The notes: generated by a model not told the origin, from the letters alone. Numbered from the stretch's first letter, positions 28,722 through 39,449 are shown. The stretch is DNA of 64,000 nucleotides from Thermoplasmatales archaeon (GCA_027310185.1 DAIDBH010000019.1:128807-192806); one strand, 5' to 3'. Numbers and translations: made by a program.

Positions 28722-29699
28722 GTGTCAAATGCCATTCAGATTGAAAATCTAACAGTCGGCTACCACTGGGAAAACGGTTTTTCGATAATTATAAATGACT
28801 TAAATTTGTCCATAGAGGAGGGTATCATATTTGGAATAGCTGGTGAATCAGGGTCTGGAAAGAGTACCTTTGCACAATCGATCTATAACTCGCTTAGATA
28901 TCCGGGAGAAATTATGTCAGGTAAGGTTTTTTTTAAAGGTAAAGACCTGCTGCAAATGCCAAAGCATGAATTGCGACGAATTAGAGCCGTTGATATGACA
29001 TTCATACCACAGGCTGCTATGAATGCCTTAAACCCTGTAAAGCGAATAGGTGACCAGTTTAAAGATGTTCTTGAGGCTCACGGAAAGGATTTAGTGGAAT
29101 ATGAGCAAAATGTACAGGATGTTTTGAAGATGGTCAGACTCCCTCAGGAGATATTGCATAACTATCCTCATGAACTCAGTGGAGGCATGAGACAGAGAAC
29201 GGTTATTGCCATGGCGCTTGTTCTTTCTCCAGAACTTGTTATCCTGGACGAACCTACTACCGGGCTTGACGTCCTTGTTGAACATGACATACTCGTGGAT
29301 CTTAAAAAAATACAGAGAAAAAAAGGCTTTACAATGATAATGATCACCCATGATTTATCTATTCTCTACGAAATATCTGATCAGCTTGGGATGATGTACG
29401 CTGGTGAATTAACAGAATATGGAGATAGGGAATCCATGATTAACTCTTCAGCTCACCCTTATAATTATCTTCTTCTCAAGAGTATACCACGAATAGGTGT
29501 AAAAAAATATAATGGAATAAGATTGACAGGTAACCCATCTAATTACAATGAGAACTACAAGGGATGCCAGTTCAGTACAAGGTGTCCCTACAAAACCTAT
29601 GAATGCGAACTAACTCATCCACTTTTGAAGAAGATTCCAAATGAAAACCACTATTATCGTTGTATTAGATATCCTGACTGGGTCAAGGACGAAAACTAG
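28722..29699 (+). CDS. Opp/Dpp ABC ATP-binding subunit (OppD-like) with Cys-rich C-terminal domain
   Basis: GESGSGKST, LSGGMRQR, DEPTTGLD, HPY and GCQF..RC....C...C. Confidence 0.93.
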   Translation: MSNAIQIENLTVGYHWENGFSIIINDLNLSIEEGIIFGIAGESGSGKSTFAQSIYNSLRYPGEIMSGKVFFKGKDLLQMPKHELRRIRAVDMTFIPQAAMNALNPVKRIGDQFKDVLEAHGKDLVEYEQNVQDVLKMVRLPQEILHNYPHELSGGMRQRTVIAMALVLSPELVILDEPTTGLDVLVEHDILVDLKKIQRKKGFTMIMITHDLSILYEISDQLGMMYAGELTEYGDRESMINSSAHPYNYLLLKSIPRIGVKKYNGIRLTGNPSNYNENYKGCQFSTRCPYKTYECELTHPLLKKIPNENHYYRCIRYPDWVKDEN

Positions 29700-29775
29700 T
29701 CAATATTTTTATATTTTGGTTTAGTTTTTAAGTATTAATCGATTATATTTATAAACTGAAATAACATGAGATAAT

Positions 29776-30792
29776 GTGGAGGAAAAAATTTTTGATGGTC
29801 TATCTAAGTTTGGCCTCACGGCTTACGAGATAAAAATTTACGAAGTTTTAATCCTGAGAGGTCCAATGACTTCCACGAGTATTGTCAAGGAAACAGGCAT
29901 ACCACAGCCGAGAGTTTATGATTTATTTGGGTCACTGGAGAGAAAGGGTTTCATTGAAAGCAGCTTTGGAAAGCGGAAAACATACAAGGCAATACCTGTT
30001 TCAACCATTATGGAAAGAGAGAAAAAATGGCTAGATTCGTATAGTTTTAATCTTGAGCATTTTGTCCAGAATAAGAGGATATACAATCAAAGTAATGGGT
30101 CATTTCTTTCACTGCTTGAAGGCAATACGCAGGTAACTGAAAAAATGGCCTCCCTCATTTCTCATACTGAAGACGAGCTTATTCTATCTACCAGTTACGA
30201 AAGATTCAAAGAGCTCTATCCATACATAGAAAAATTAAGCGCCGCGAATGTAACAATGTGCATAATCATTTTCAAGGAACAGAGGCAAAGACTAACCGAA
30301 AGGATTGAGGGAAACTGTTTTATCCGTACTATGACAGGAAAACCTGTTGAAGTTTTGATCTCGGACAGGAAAAGCTGTACAATGAAGATAGAGACAAGGG
30401 AACGAAAGGACGATGTAGCACTATATTTTGAGGAGGATAACTTCATTCACGTTATTTCGTATTATTTCAACCAGTCCCTGTGGAAATATGCCGATATATA
30501 TACTGACCAGATAAATGATGACTGCATCAGATTCCGGACCATATGGCTTGCATGTGATATAATTGAGTATTACCTTAACAATGGTGCTAAACTCACGTCC
30601 CATCTTGAATGCTATTACAAGGATGATTACAGGGAAATCGATGGTGAAATATTTAGAGTAGAAAAGATCCCGTTTGTCAGAAATACTTTTTTTATCAGGT
30701 CAGGCAATGAAGAATACTCAGTTGGTGGCAAAACATCTTCAATTGAGAAGTTGAGGATGTTATTCCTGAAGATCAAACCCGAATTACTATAG
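29776..30792 (+). CDS. trmB: TrmB family sugar-sensing transcriptional regulator
   Basis: FGLTAYE.KIY..L and TGIPQPRVYD..SLERKGF wHTH; C-terminal SVGG sugar-binding domain. Confidence 0.9.
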   Translation: MEEKIFDGLSKFGLTAYEIKIYEVLILRGPMTSTSIVKETGIPQPRVYDLFGSLERKGFIESSFGKRKTYKAIPVSTIMEREKKWLDSYSFNLEHFVQNKRIYNQSNGSFLSLLEGNTQVTEKMASLISHTEDELILSTSYERFKELYPYIEKLSAANVTMCIIIFKEQRQRLTERIEGNCFIRTMTGKPVEVLISDRKSCTMKIETRERKDDVALYFEEDNFIHVISYYFNQSLWKYADIYTDQINDDCIRFRTIWLACDIIEYYLNNGAKLTSHLECYYKDDYREIDGEIFRVEKIPFVRNTFFIRSGNEEYSVGGKTSSIEKLRMLFLKIKPELL

Positions 30793-30846
30793 AATAGAGT
30801 ATAGGCTTTAAAAAAACCTTAAAATAACAATTCAAAATGGTAACAA

Positions 30847-32301
30847 ATGTTTCCAAAAAATTTTAAATTTGGCTTTTCAGAAGCAGGATTTCAATTCGAA
30901 ATGGGTGTCAGTGATACTGATACAAAAACAGACTGGTATAAATGGAGTCACGATCCTGAAAACATTAAAAATCACGTCGTTTCTGGAGACAGACCGGAGA
31001 ATGGAGTTGCCTACTGGGATTTATATTCCAGGGACCATGATCTTGCACAATACATTGGAATGAATGCAGCGAGAATAGGTATAGAATGGTCAAGAATCTT
31101 CCCTGTCTCCACAGAAAGTGTCAGAGTAGATGTCAGCGAACAAAATGGAGATATTACTGAAGTTATCATCACAGAGGCAACCATAAGGGAACTGGACAAG
31201 CTCTCTGATAAGAAAGCTTTACAACACTATACTGATATTTTCAATGACATAAAGAGGAGGGGCTGGTATCTCGTTATCAACCTTTTTCACTGGTCGCTTC
31301 CTTTGTGGGTCAATGACCCCGATAAAAGGGACAGGAAAAATGACAATGCACTGGGTAATTGCCTGAACCGCAATTCCGTTATTGAGTTTGTGAAGTATGC
31401 TGCCTATATATCGTATTACTTCGGGTCAACCGCCGACAGGTTTGCAACGATGAATGAACCTAATGAGGTCTTCAAGACATGCAGTCAGGATAAGAGGGTT
31501 GAGTCATATCACATGAGGATGAAATGGTTTGTTGAAGCACATGCCAGATCATATGATGTAATGAAACAGTTCACTAACCGCGAGATTGGCGTGATATATG
31601 CAAATGGAGATGTTCAGTCTTTTGAGAATAAGGACCCAGGATTGAAGGAAGAAGTTGAATATGAACAGAGATATTCATTTTTTGATGCGTTAATACGCGG
31701 TGATATCCACTGGTATGTTGATGCATGTGAGAAAATCGGTCACATCCATGGTAAATCTTCGAGGCCAGATCTGGAAAACAGGGTTGACTGGATCGGTGTC
31801 AATTATTACAGCAGAAATGTTGTGATCAGAACTGGGTCCGGGTATGAGAATGTGAAGGGACTGGGATATGATACAGGATGGATTTCCTATGAGAAATCCC
31901 TTGACGGAAGATCAGTTAGCGAGACAGGATGGGAAATCTATCCAGAGGGAATATATAATGTTATAATGAGTTATCATAACCGTTACGGCCTTCCCATGAT
32001 GATCACCGAGAATGGAATGGCAGATGATAATGACAGATTCAGGTCCAGATATATTGTATCCCATCTTAAAAATCTTGAAAGGGCCATAAGTGATGGGGCA
32101 AATGTTGATGGATACCTCCACTGGGCGCTCACCGATAACTTTGAATGGGGTAGTGGGTATTCAAAGAAATTTGGATTGATAAAGGTTGACTATACCACCA
32201 AGCAGAGGTACATCCGGCCAAGTGCACTTGTACTTAAGGAAATAACAAAAAACAATGGCATTCCGAAAGAACTTGAATGGCTGGGAGAAGATAAATTCTG
32301 A
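30847..32301 (+). CDS. GH1 beta-glycosidase (archaeal beta-galactosidase/glucosidase)
   Basis: FKFGFSEAGFQFEMG, TMNEPN (acid/base), ITENG (nucleophile) and DNFEW. Confidence 0.95.
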   Translation: MFPKNFKFGFSEAGFQFEMGVSDTDTKTDWYKWSHDPENIKNHVVSGDRPENGVAYWDLYSRDHDLAQYIGMNAARIGIEWSRIFPVSTESVRVDVSEQNGDITEVIITEATIRELDKLSDKKALQHYTDIFNDIKRRGWYLVINLFHWSLPLWVNDPDKRDRKNDNALGNCLNRNSVIEFVKYAAYISYYFGSTADRFATMNEPNEVFKTCSQDKRVESYHMRMKWFVEAHARSYDVMKQFTNREIGVIYANGDVQSFENKDPGLKEEVEYEQRYSFFDALIRGDIHWYVDACEKIGHIHGKSSRPDLENRVDWIGVNYYSRNVVIRTGSGYENVKGLGYDTGWISYEKSLDGRSVSETGWEIYPEGIYNVIMSYHNRYGLPMMITENGMADDNDRFRSRYIVSHLKNLERAISDGANVDGYLHWALTDNFEWGSGYSKKFGLIKVDYTTKQRYIRPSALVLKEITKNNGIPKELEWLGEDKF

Positions 32302-32304
32302 AAT

Positions 32305-32598
32305 TCATGGTCCGAAAAGGAATCCAACACCGCTCTGTGCAGCTTCCTCTTCATCCTTGATCTTTTTGTAGACAACAGAAGCTTCTTTTTCAGGCAGTGG
32401 CTTTACCATGTTTTCAAATAAATTATCAAGTTTTGGGAATATTTCTGCCTGTCCCTCCACAACCAGGATGATCTTTTCATCATATCCGAGTGTTGAACCA
32501 TCCTTCTGGATAACTGTCTGTCTTCCCATAACGTCATCTGACAGAACCTTATCTATCAGCGATTTTTGATCCTTATTCAAGGCATATATCCTGAACAT
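32305..32598 (-). CDS. Hypothetical protein
   Basis: 97-aa ORF with protein-like composition, ending EEEAAQSGVGFLFG; converges on the GH1 gene. Confidence 0.7.
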   Translation of the reverse strand: MFRIYALNKDQKSLIDKVLSDDVMGRQTVIQKDGSTLGYDEKIILVVEGQAEIFPKLDNLFENMVKPLPEKEASVVYKKIKDEEEAAQSGVGFLFGP

Positions 32599-32683
32599 GA
32601 TCCCATATTTTCCCGGTGACTTTAATGTTTTCCTTTCATAATAATAAAAAAAAGTAATTATTGCTTAAAATATGGCACGTAGC

Positions 32684-33214
32684 CTATTCCATATGACCAC
32701 ATTTTTCGTTATTACACTTGAAGACAGTAATTTCTCCCTTTGCATTGTATACTGGCTCCATGGTTCCAACCATGCATACGGGGCATCTGAATTTGAATTT
32801 CTTGCTTCTATGGGACAGCAGGACCTCAGATACACTCTGTACAGAAAGGTGTCTTGATAGATCAGTTATTGTAATTATTCCCAGCAGCTTATCATCTTTA
32901 TCAAAAACAGCACACCTGCTCAGACCGTTATTTGCAAGGAAACTGGCAACATCCTTAACATCATCATCTGCCATCACCCTGGGTATTGGTGTTCTCATGA
33001 CTGATTTCACAAGAACCTCTGAAGCAGGCGTGTTCCTGAGAACAAATCTGTTGATTATACTTCTCTCACTGATTATACCAACATAGCGATTATCTCCATT
33101 GGTAACTAGAAGCCCGTACAATCCGTTATCATTCATCATCCTGACAGCATCAAACACGGTTGCATTCTGGTCTATGGACTTGAAGTTTTTCTGTACTATA
33201 TTTCCAACTTTCAT
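32684..33214 (-). CDS. CBS-domain pair protein with C-terminal Zn ribbon
   Basis: Two CBS repeats (VGIISERS, LGIITITDL), then CPVC...CNNEKC. Confidence 0.88.
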   Translation of the reverse strand: MKVGNIVQKNFKSIDQNATVFDAVRMMNDNGLYGLLVTNGDNRYVGIISERSIINRFVLRNTPASEVLVKSVMRTPIPRVMADDDVKDVASFLANNGLSRCAVFDKDDKLLGIITITDLSRHLSVQSVSEVLLSHRSKKFKFRCPVCMVGTMEPVYNAKGEITVFKCNNEKCGHME

Positions 33215-33280
33215 GAGTAATAATTTTATCTAATATTATAAAGACTTTGAAGGAAAACTGAACAGTTACCAAAAAGGTTC

Positions 33281-33616
33281 TTAAAAACCTCTGACTTTTA
33301 TTTTCCCACTGAACGACTTATAAAGACGAACGGTTTTTCTTTCCCTGTCCACCGAATCCAGGAAGAACCTGTCAGTAGCTATATTCAACTTTAGATCGTT
33401 TTTTATCTCTACCATCCCGTCTTGAGGGACTTCAGATACTATTGCATTTACCTCCTCTATCATCTGGCATATCTCATCTTTACATGGACCCTTCTTATGT
33501 GTAACATATATGAGAATCCAGAAATTACCAGCATTCCTGGAAATTGACTCGGGTATCAGAACTTTACCCTTCCCAATTCTGACCTCTTTCTCCTTATCCA
33601 GCCGGATCACCATCAC
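33281..33616 (-). CDS. Hypothetical protein
   Basis: 111-aa ORF, co-oriented with and 19 nt downstream of the regulator. Confidence 0.6.
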   Translation of the reverse strand: MMVIRLDKEKEVRIGKGKVLIPESISRNAGNFWILIYVTHKKGPCKDEICQMIEEVNAIVSEVPQDGMVEIKNDLKLNIATDRFFLDSVDRERKTVRLYKSFSGKIKVRGF

Positions 33617-33635
33617 TAAATATCATCCAGAATCA

Positions 33636-34160
33636 TTAACTCTCTACTTTCAGTGATTCCCTCTTTTTAAGATCTCTTTCACAGTTAGGGCAGCATGCAT
33701 ACATTGTCCTACCATTCAGTTCAAATACCACGGTTGGCTTCTCCATTAGCTTTCCACAGTAATCACACCTGACATTTATGACTCTCCCGACGGTGTTGTT
33801 TAATTGCCTCCTAGTTGCGAATTTAATATCGATGACCTCAATTCCTTGAAGCATGGGCAGAGATTCATAATATATTACAGCTAAAAATGATCCGTCAATC
33901 AATTCAAAGTGCTCTATCATTAGATCTTTATTCATGTTTAGAAGAGACTTAACGTGAAGTATCACAAGATCATTCTGATCTTCCTCTGTAAATATTGTAA
34001 AATGAGTTATTTTTCCTGAGTTAACAAGATTTGCAAGAGTTTTACTTGCGGTGATTCTGCTTATATTGAGTTCACCTGCCACCTCAAGTATGCTTGCCCT
34101 TGAATTTTTTCGGAGTATATTTATCATTCTTTGCTCAATTTCCCTGGCATCTTTGTTCAT
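33636..34160 (-). CDS. Lrp/AsnC-type HTH + TRASH copper-responsive regulator (CopT/CopR-like)
   Basis: N-terminal L.KNSR.S..EVA.ELNISR HTH; C-terminal CDYCG...YACCPNC TRASH domain; divergent from the cop genes. Confidence 0.88.
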   Translation of the reverse strand: MNKDAREIEQRMINILRKNSRASILEVAGELNISRITASKTLANLVNSGKITHFTIFTEEDQNDLVILHVKSLLNMNKDLMIEHFELIDGSFLAVIYYESLPMLQGIEVIDIKFATRRQLNNTVGRVINVRCDYCGKLMEKPTVVFELNGRTMYACCPNCERDLKKRESLKVES

Positions 34161-34234
34161 AATGTAAAATTACTACTCATTACTTAAACATTATGTGAAG
34201 AATAAGCTTTTATCAACATCCGGAATACGTATCT

Positions 34235-34375
34235 ATGGCAATAGATGTAATTTGTGGAATGAAAGTGAAGGAAGACACCAAATATGTAAGCGAATTCCAG
34301 GGAAAGAAATTCTATTTCTGCAGTGAAAGTTGCAAGAAGGAATTTGACAAGAACCCGTTAAAGCATAGCAGATAG
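34235..34375 (+). CDS. YHS/TRASH copper metallochaperone (46 aa; not in ORF track)
   Basis: MAIDVICGMKVKEDTKYVSEFQGKKFYFCSESCKKEFDKNPLKHSR; lies between the regulator and the ATPase. Confidence 0.9.
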   Translation: MAIDVICGMKVKEDTKYVSEFQGKKFYFCSESCKKEFDKNPLKHSR

Positions 34376-34385
34376 GCGATCAGCA

Positions 34386-36455
34386 GTGCCTACGGATCCT
34401 GTCTGCGGTATGTTTGTATCCGAAGACAGTCAGCTTTATTCAGATATAGATGGAAAAAGGTATTATTTCTGTTCAAAATCGTGCATGGATCGATTCAAAT
34501 CTCCAGAGGCAGAAGCCGCGAGATTGAAACACAAACTCGCTGTTGGCTGGGTTTTCTCCATCATAATCATGGCTGTAATGTATTTGACCTCAAATTTCCA
34601 GTATAAGGATTATCTTCTGCTGTTGTTTGCAATACCCGTACAGTTCTATTCTGGTCTCAACTTCTATACTGGGGCTGCTGAGTCCATAAAGAACAAAAGC
34701 AGTAATATGGATCTTCTTATTGCGATTGGAACACTTACAGCTTTCTTCTTTTCCCTATTTGTAACAATATTTCCAGATGCAATATCTGGAGCTTCTGTAT
34801 ATTATGATGCTTCATCATTCATAATTACCCTGATACTTACAGGTACATTCATAGAAAATCTATCCAAGAGGAGGGCTAATGGATCAGCTGCGAAGCTACT
34901 TGAAATGATGCCTGAAAAGGTTCATGTCATAATCAACAATGAAGAGGTTGTGAAGCCAAGAAATGAGGTAGATGTGGGGGAATTATTAATCGTCAGGCCT
35001 GGTGAAATAATTCCTGTAGATGGGGTGGTTCGTTCAGGTGAATCAGAAATAGATCAGAGCATGGTAACAGGAGAACAGGATCCGGTTTTTGTATCAAAGG
35101 ATAGCAATGTATTTTCAGGTTCTAAAAACCTAAACGGAGCCCTAAATATAGAAGTTCTTAAAAAGTCTTCAGACAGCACTGTAAACAGAATTTATGAACT
35201 CATTCAGGGAGCCATTTCTGGCAGGGTGAAAATCCAGAAGGTTGCTGATGCATTTGCTTCTGTATTCGTACCGGTTGTTCTTACAGTAGCTACCATATCT
35301 GGATTATTCTGGTACTTTTATCTCTCCAGTGTTTCCAACGGACTCGACATTGAGATAGCTGTCCTTGCATTTGTTTCTGTTGTGGTTATTGCCTGTCCCT
35401 GTGCAATAGGACTTGCCGGACCGATTACACTCCTCATTTCTTCCAGCGTATCATCCCAGAATGGGATAGTTATAAAGAATTCTGGGGCAATCGAACGAAT
35501 GTCAAAGGCAACAATAGTTTTATTTGACAAGACCGGTACACTTACAGAATCGCAGCCATCAATTCTGAGTATAGAACCATCAGGATCCGTTGATTCTTCA
35601 GAACTTGTTTCAATCGCGGCGTCCCTGGAGAAATTCTCAACCCACCCAATTGGTAGGGCAATATATCTCTATGCAATGAAGGAGAATATGCCACTGAATG
35701 AGGTCCATGGATTTATGGAGATTCCAGGATCCGGCGTGGAAGGTAAAATAAATGGTATAAATACTGAGGTTAAAAGGGCCAAAGATTCAGGTATTTCATC
35801 GGTTTCTGTCAGGCGTGGTGATGAGGAGATAGGAAAGATCAAACTGTCTTACAATATTCGAACAACCGCAGGAAAGGCTGTCAGTAACTTGAAGAAGCTT
35901 GGCCTTAAGGTGGGCATGGTAACAGGCGATTCTATAGGTGAAGCAGAGCGTATAGCGGGACTTCTTGGTATAGACCTCATACATGCTGAGCTTAAACCGG
36001 AAGAGAAATCAGGAGTAATAACAGGCTATCAGGAGAAGGATGAATATGTAGTCTTCGTTGGAGATGGAATAAATGATTCCATTGCGCTGGAAACAGCAGA
36101 TGCAGGTTTTGCCATGTCTTCAGGAAGTGATATTGCAAAGGATGCGGGAGATATCATTCTCATCAACGATGATCTTACAAATGTTCCCGCTTCCATAGTG
36201 ATCTCAAGGGATACTGTGTCAAAGGTCAGGCAGAACATAGGCTGGGCAATAGGGTATAATACAATTCTGATTCCCATAGCCGCCGGTATTCTTGTGCCTG
36301 TTTTTTCCCTTGGCATATACTCATTTTTACCCATACTCAGTGCACTTGCCATGGGTCTGAGTTCAACTTCTGTCGTGTTGAATTCGCTACTGCTTAAGAA
36401 AAGGATAGGGAAGGATCTCAATATAATACTTGATAAACAGTCTCCAAATATTTAA
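34386..36455 (+). CDS. copA: Cu(I)-translocating P1B-type ATPase with N-terminal YHS/TRASH domain
   Basis: DPVCGM..YFCS..C, TGE, CPC, DKTGT, HP, GDGIND, YN and MGLSS. Confidence 0.93.
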   Translation: MPTDPVCGMFVSEDSQLYSDIDGKRYYFCSKSCMDRFKSPEAEAARLKHKLAVGWVFSIIIMAVMYLTSNFQYKDYLLLLFAIPVQFYSGLNFYTGAAESIKNKSSNMDLLIAIGTLTAFFFSLFVTIFPDAISGASVYYDASSFIITLILTGTFIENLSKRRANGSAAKLLEMMPEKVHVIINNEEVVKPRNEVDVGELLIVRPGEIIPVDGVVRSGESEIDQSMVTGEQDPVFVSKDSNVFSGSKNLNGALNIEVLKKSSDSTVNRIYELIQGAISGRVKIQKVADAFASVFVPVVLTVATISGLFWYFYLSSVSNGLDIEIAVLAFVSVVVIACPCAIGLAGPITLLISSSVSSQNGIVIKNSGAIERMSKATIVLFDKTGTLTESQPSILSIEPSGSVDSSELVSIAASLEKFSTHPIGRAIYLYAMKENMPLNEVHGFMEIPGSGVEGKINGINTEVKRAKDSGISSVSVRRGDEEIGKIKLSYNIRTTAGKAVSNLKKLGLKVGMVTGDSIGEAERIAGLLGIDLIHAELKPEEKSGVITGYQEKDEYVVFVGDGINDSIALETADAGFAMSSGSDIAKDAGDIILINDDLTNVPASIVISRDTVSKVRQNIGWAIGYNTILIPIAAGILVPVFSLGIYSFLPILSALAMGLSSTSVVLNSLLLKKRIGKDLNIILDKQSPNI

Positions 36456-36494
36456 ATTATTTTTCAATAAATAGAAAGATAATATTTTTAATCC

Positions 36495-37481
36495 TTGACA
36501 TATTGGTTTATAATGGCAATGAAAGTGGTTGAGGATGAAATAGAGGCAGTTTCACTTAAAAATAATTACCTGAATGACCCATGGAAGAGAAAAATCACAA
36601 TAATCGAGCATAATGTTAACGATACTACGCCCATACTCATAGGCCTCGCAGGATTCTTTGGTTCCTCAACAAGCTTCTTCAACCGAAGTTTCACTTCTAT
36701 AGACTTCATGGGTGTCCTAAACAAGATCATAAATCATGATAGGGTAGATTCGTTTATCATAGCTTTACCCGAATCAATGACATCACTGGGTGGAAACCAG
36801 TACCTCAATTCAATTGCTGTAGGAAATTATGAAGATTACATAGTAAATGATGTGATGGGCTACCTTGAAACAAGATATGGAATCAGGAACACTGGATTGT
36901 TTGGGAAATCATCCGGAGGCTTTGGAGCATATAATCTGACAATTAGGAATCCAGAAAAGTTCCAGGGGTTTATCAATGTATCTGGAGATTGCGGTTTCGA
37001 ATATTCTTACATACGAGATTTTCCTGATGCGATCAGGATGATCAGGAACAATGGACTATCTGAAATAATAAGGCAATTCAAGGAAAAGGATTTTCATACC
37101 ATGCAGGAATTGAATACTATGAACATCATAGCAATGGCAGCCTTTTATTCACCAGATAATGGAGAGCAGAAAAAAATCTCACTGCCATTCAATGTGAATA
37201 CGGGAGAAATAAAGAGCAATATCTGGTTCAGATGGAAAGCTTTTGATCCACTTGTAAATGTATATGATCATTTTGAAAAATTGAAGGAAAAGAAGATAAT
37301 CCTGCAAACAGGAAAAAATGATGAATTCTCTCTGAATCTTGGTATAGAAGGTCTTAGCAGGATCCTTTCGACACATTCCGTTGATCATGTCAGTCAAACG
37401 TATGAAGGCGGACATTTTGGCATAGATTATCTGTACCTTGATTCAATTCCAGAACTAATAAGTTATTTGAGGGAATTTTAA
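36495..37481 (+). CDS. Alpha/beta-hydrolase (enterochelin esterase-like)
   Basis: GKSSGG nucleophile elbow, G..DEF, and GGH catalytic His. Confidence 0.85.
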   Translation: MTYWFIMAMKVVEDEIEAVSLKNNYLNDPWKRKITIIEHNVNDTTPILIGLAGFFGSSTSFFNRSFTSIDFMGVLNKIINHDRVDSFIIALPESMTSLGGNQYLNSIAVGNYEDYIVNDVMGYLETRYGIRNTGLFGKSSGGFGAYNLTIRNPEKFQGFINVSGDCGFEYSYIRDFPDAIRMIRNNGLSEIIRQFKEKDFHTMQELNTMNIIAMAAFYSPDNGEQKKISLPFNVNTGEIKSNIWFRWKAFDPLVNVYDHFEKLKEKKIILQTGKNDEFSLNLGIEGLSRILSTHSVDHVSQTYEGGHFGIDYLYLDSIPELISYLREF

Positions 37482-37506
37482 AAAAATAGAGGAAGGAAAT
37501 TTCTTT

Positions 37507-39012
37507 TCACTCTGTTTGCCCTGAACCTTCTAGAAGCCCTACATCTCCCTTCACTTCAGGCTTGAGTCCCTCTGCTACCTCAGTTCCAACTGACCTTTTT
37601 CCGAGTATCTCCTTTGCGAATATTACCAGAACTGCAGAGATCAGGAATGAAACGCCTCCAATGAGGAATGCATAGAAATAGGCAGTGTTGGTAGGGAAGG
37701 AGAAATTAACCGTGCTGCTAACAACAGTCGTAACTACAAATGCTGATAGTACAGCTCCAGCTATTGGGGCACCTACACTGCTTCCAAGATACCTGAAGGT
37801 ACTGTTCATTGAGGTTGCAAGCCCCATATTCTTTGCCTCAACAGAAAGAACAAGAAGATTGATCAATGAGGCATTCATGACGGACATACCAGATCCTATG
37901 ATGAATTCATCTACCAGTGTCATGTCATATCCAGGAGCCATTGCCAGCAGGAAGAACCCTATGCCAGAAACAATGGAACCTATAATAGCCAGGGGCTTGA
38001 TTCCAAATCTTGAAATTACCTTTCCTGTTATGATTGAGAACACAATCATGCCCAGTGCGAAGGATACCATGGAAATACCGGTATCCAGGATTGATAGCCC
38101 GAATCCATATGGTGCTGGGGTTTCAAACTTGTATGAGAGTGCCTGCATTGAAAGATACATTCCCAGGCCTGCTATTGTAAGTGTAACATTTGTAACCAGT
38201 ACATTCCTGTTTGAAAGAAGTTGAAGATCAAATATGGCTTCACCTCCCTTTCTGTGATACCTCGCTTCATAGAGGAACATGGGAACAAAGAGGAATACTC
38301 CAAGGATTGACATTCCAAGTGTTAACGGTGAGGTCCATCCCCACTCAGAACCTTCAGAAAGTGCGAGAACTATAAGAGTGAGTGGAGTGGCAAGGGCAAT
38401 GGCACCAACGTAATCCACCTTTACTTCTGGCCTCCTGTATTTTGATTCCCTAACCTTAACTATTGTAAGTATGGCAAGGATCACTATGAATGGTATGGCA
38501 GTATGATAAGTCCATCTCCATCCATAAGTATCTGATATTAAAGAGCCGAGTGGAAGGCTTATGGCAAATCCTGCCCCAAACATTCCACTGATCAGTGCCT
38601 GGGCCTTCGGTACCATGTCCCTGGGAAATTCTTCTCTTATGAGAGCCATGCCCAGAGGCATTATGGTTAGACCAACACCCTGTACTGCCCTTGAAATTAC
38701 CATGAAAGTGAAGTTTGGTGAGAAGCCTGTTACAGATACTGCTGCTGCATAGATCAGCATCACTATGCCCATCATCTTCTTCTTTCCATATATATCCCCG
38801 AGTTTTCCTACAATTGGACTGAGGGCAACACCTGTGATAAGATAGGTAGATAGAACCAGGCTTACCTGGCCAACTGTTACGCCAAAACCCTCTGCAATTG
38901 AAGGAAGTGAAGGAGTTAACATTCCTTCCACATACATTACTGCGACAATTATCATCGCAAGTAAAATCATCACAAAATTTGCATATTTCTTATCATATAG
39001 CTCATTTTCCAC
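37507..39012 (-). CDS. MFS transporter (DHA2-like, 14 TM)
   Basis: GKLGDIYGKK motif A, RAVQGVG and YGWRW. Confidence 0.92.
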   Translation of the reverse strand: MENELYDKKYANFVMILLAMIIVAVMYVEGMLTPSLPSIAEGFGVTVGQVSLVLSTYLITGVALSPIVGKLGDIYGKKKMMGIVMLIYAAAVSVTGFSPNFTFMVISRAVQGVGLTIMPLGMALIREEFPRDMVPKAQALISGMFGAGFAISLPLGSLISDTYGWRWTYHTAIPFIVILAILTIVKVRESKYRRPEVKVDYVGAIALATPLTLIVLALSEGSEWGWTSPLTLGMSILGVFLFVPMFLYEARYHRKGGEAIFDLQLLSNRNVLVTNVTLTIAGLGMYLSMQALSYKFETPAPYGFGLSILDTGISMVSFALGMIVFSIITGKVISRFGIKPLAIIGSIVSGIGFFLLAMAPGYDMTLVDEFIIGSGMSVMNASLINLLVLSVEAKNMGLATSMNSTFRYLGSSVGAPIAGAVLSAFVVTTVVSSTVNFSFPTNTAYFYAFLIGGVSFLISAVLVIFAKEILGKRSVGTEVAEGLKPEVKGDVGLLEGSGQTE

Positions 39013-39014
39013 TA

Positions 39015-39449
39015 TTAATCACTCTCCTCTCTAATATCATGAACACTTTTCGCCAGTCTGTTTATAAATTTCAGGAAACCTGCAATGCTTTCCTGATCCA
39101 TTTCTCCCATAGTCTTCAGGGCCATGGACTTTACATTATACAGTCTTTCAAGGGTTTCCTTACCTTTCGTTGACAGGTCTATATAAATAGCTCTCCTGTC
39201 AACAATGCCATATTCTCTCTCAACAAGCCCTTTGCTTTCAAGATTGTCAATTATATGAGATATGGAAGGTTTCGTTACTCCAAGTAGTGTGGCAAGGTCA
39301 GAGGATTTCATCTTTCCTGCCCTTGAAAGATTGGATAGAACAAAGAATCCTGAAAATGAGATATTTTCCTTCCTCATCACTTCTTCCCTATAGAGCATGA
39401 GTTCATAGGTTAATTCCTCAAATGCTTTCTCTATGTTCTTGATGTTCAC
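39015..39449 (-). CDS. MarR family regulator
   Basis: SDLATLLGVTKPSISHIIDNLESKGLVER....DRR....LS.KG. Confidence 0.92.
   Translation of the reverse strand: MNIKNIEKAFEELTYELMLYREEVMRKENISFSGFFVLSNLSRAGKMKSSDLATLLGVTKPSISHIIDNLESKGLVEREYGIVDRRAIYIDLSTKGKETLERLYNVKSMALKTMGEMDQESIAGFLKFINRLAKSVHDIREESD

Noticed and set aside
37685-38224. 179-aa ORF antisense to the MFS gene, and many similar shadow ORFs in the track
   Set aside because: They lie fully opposite well-supported genes and lack family motifs, as expected for antisense open frames.
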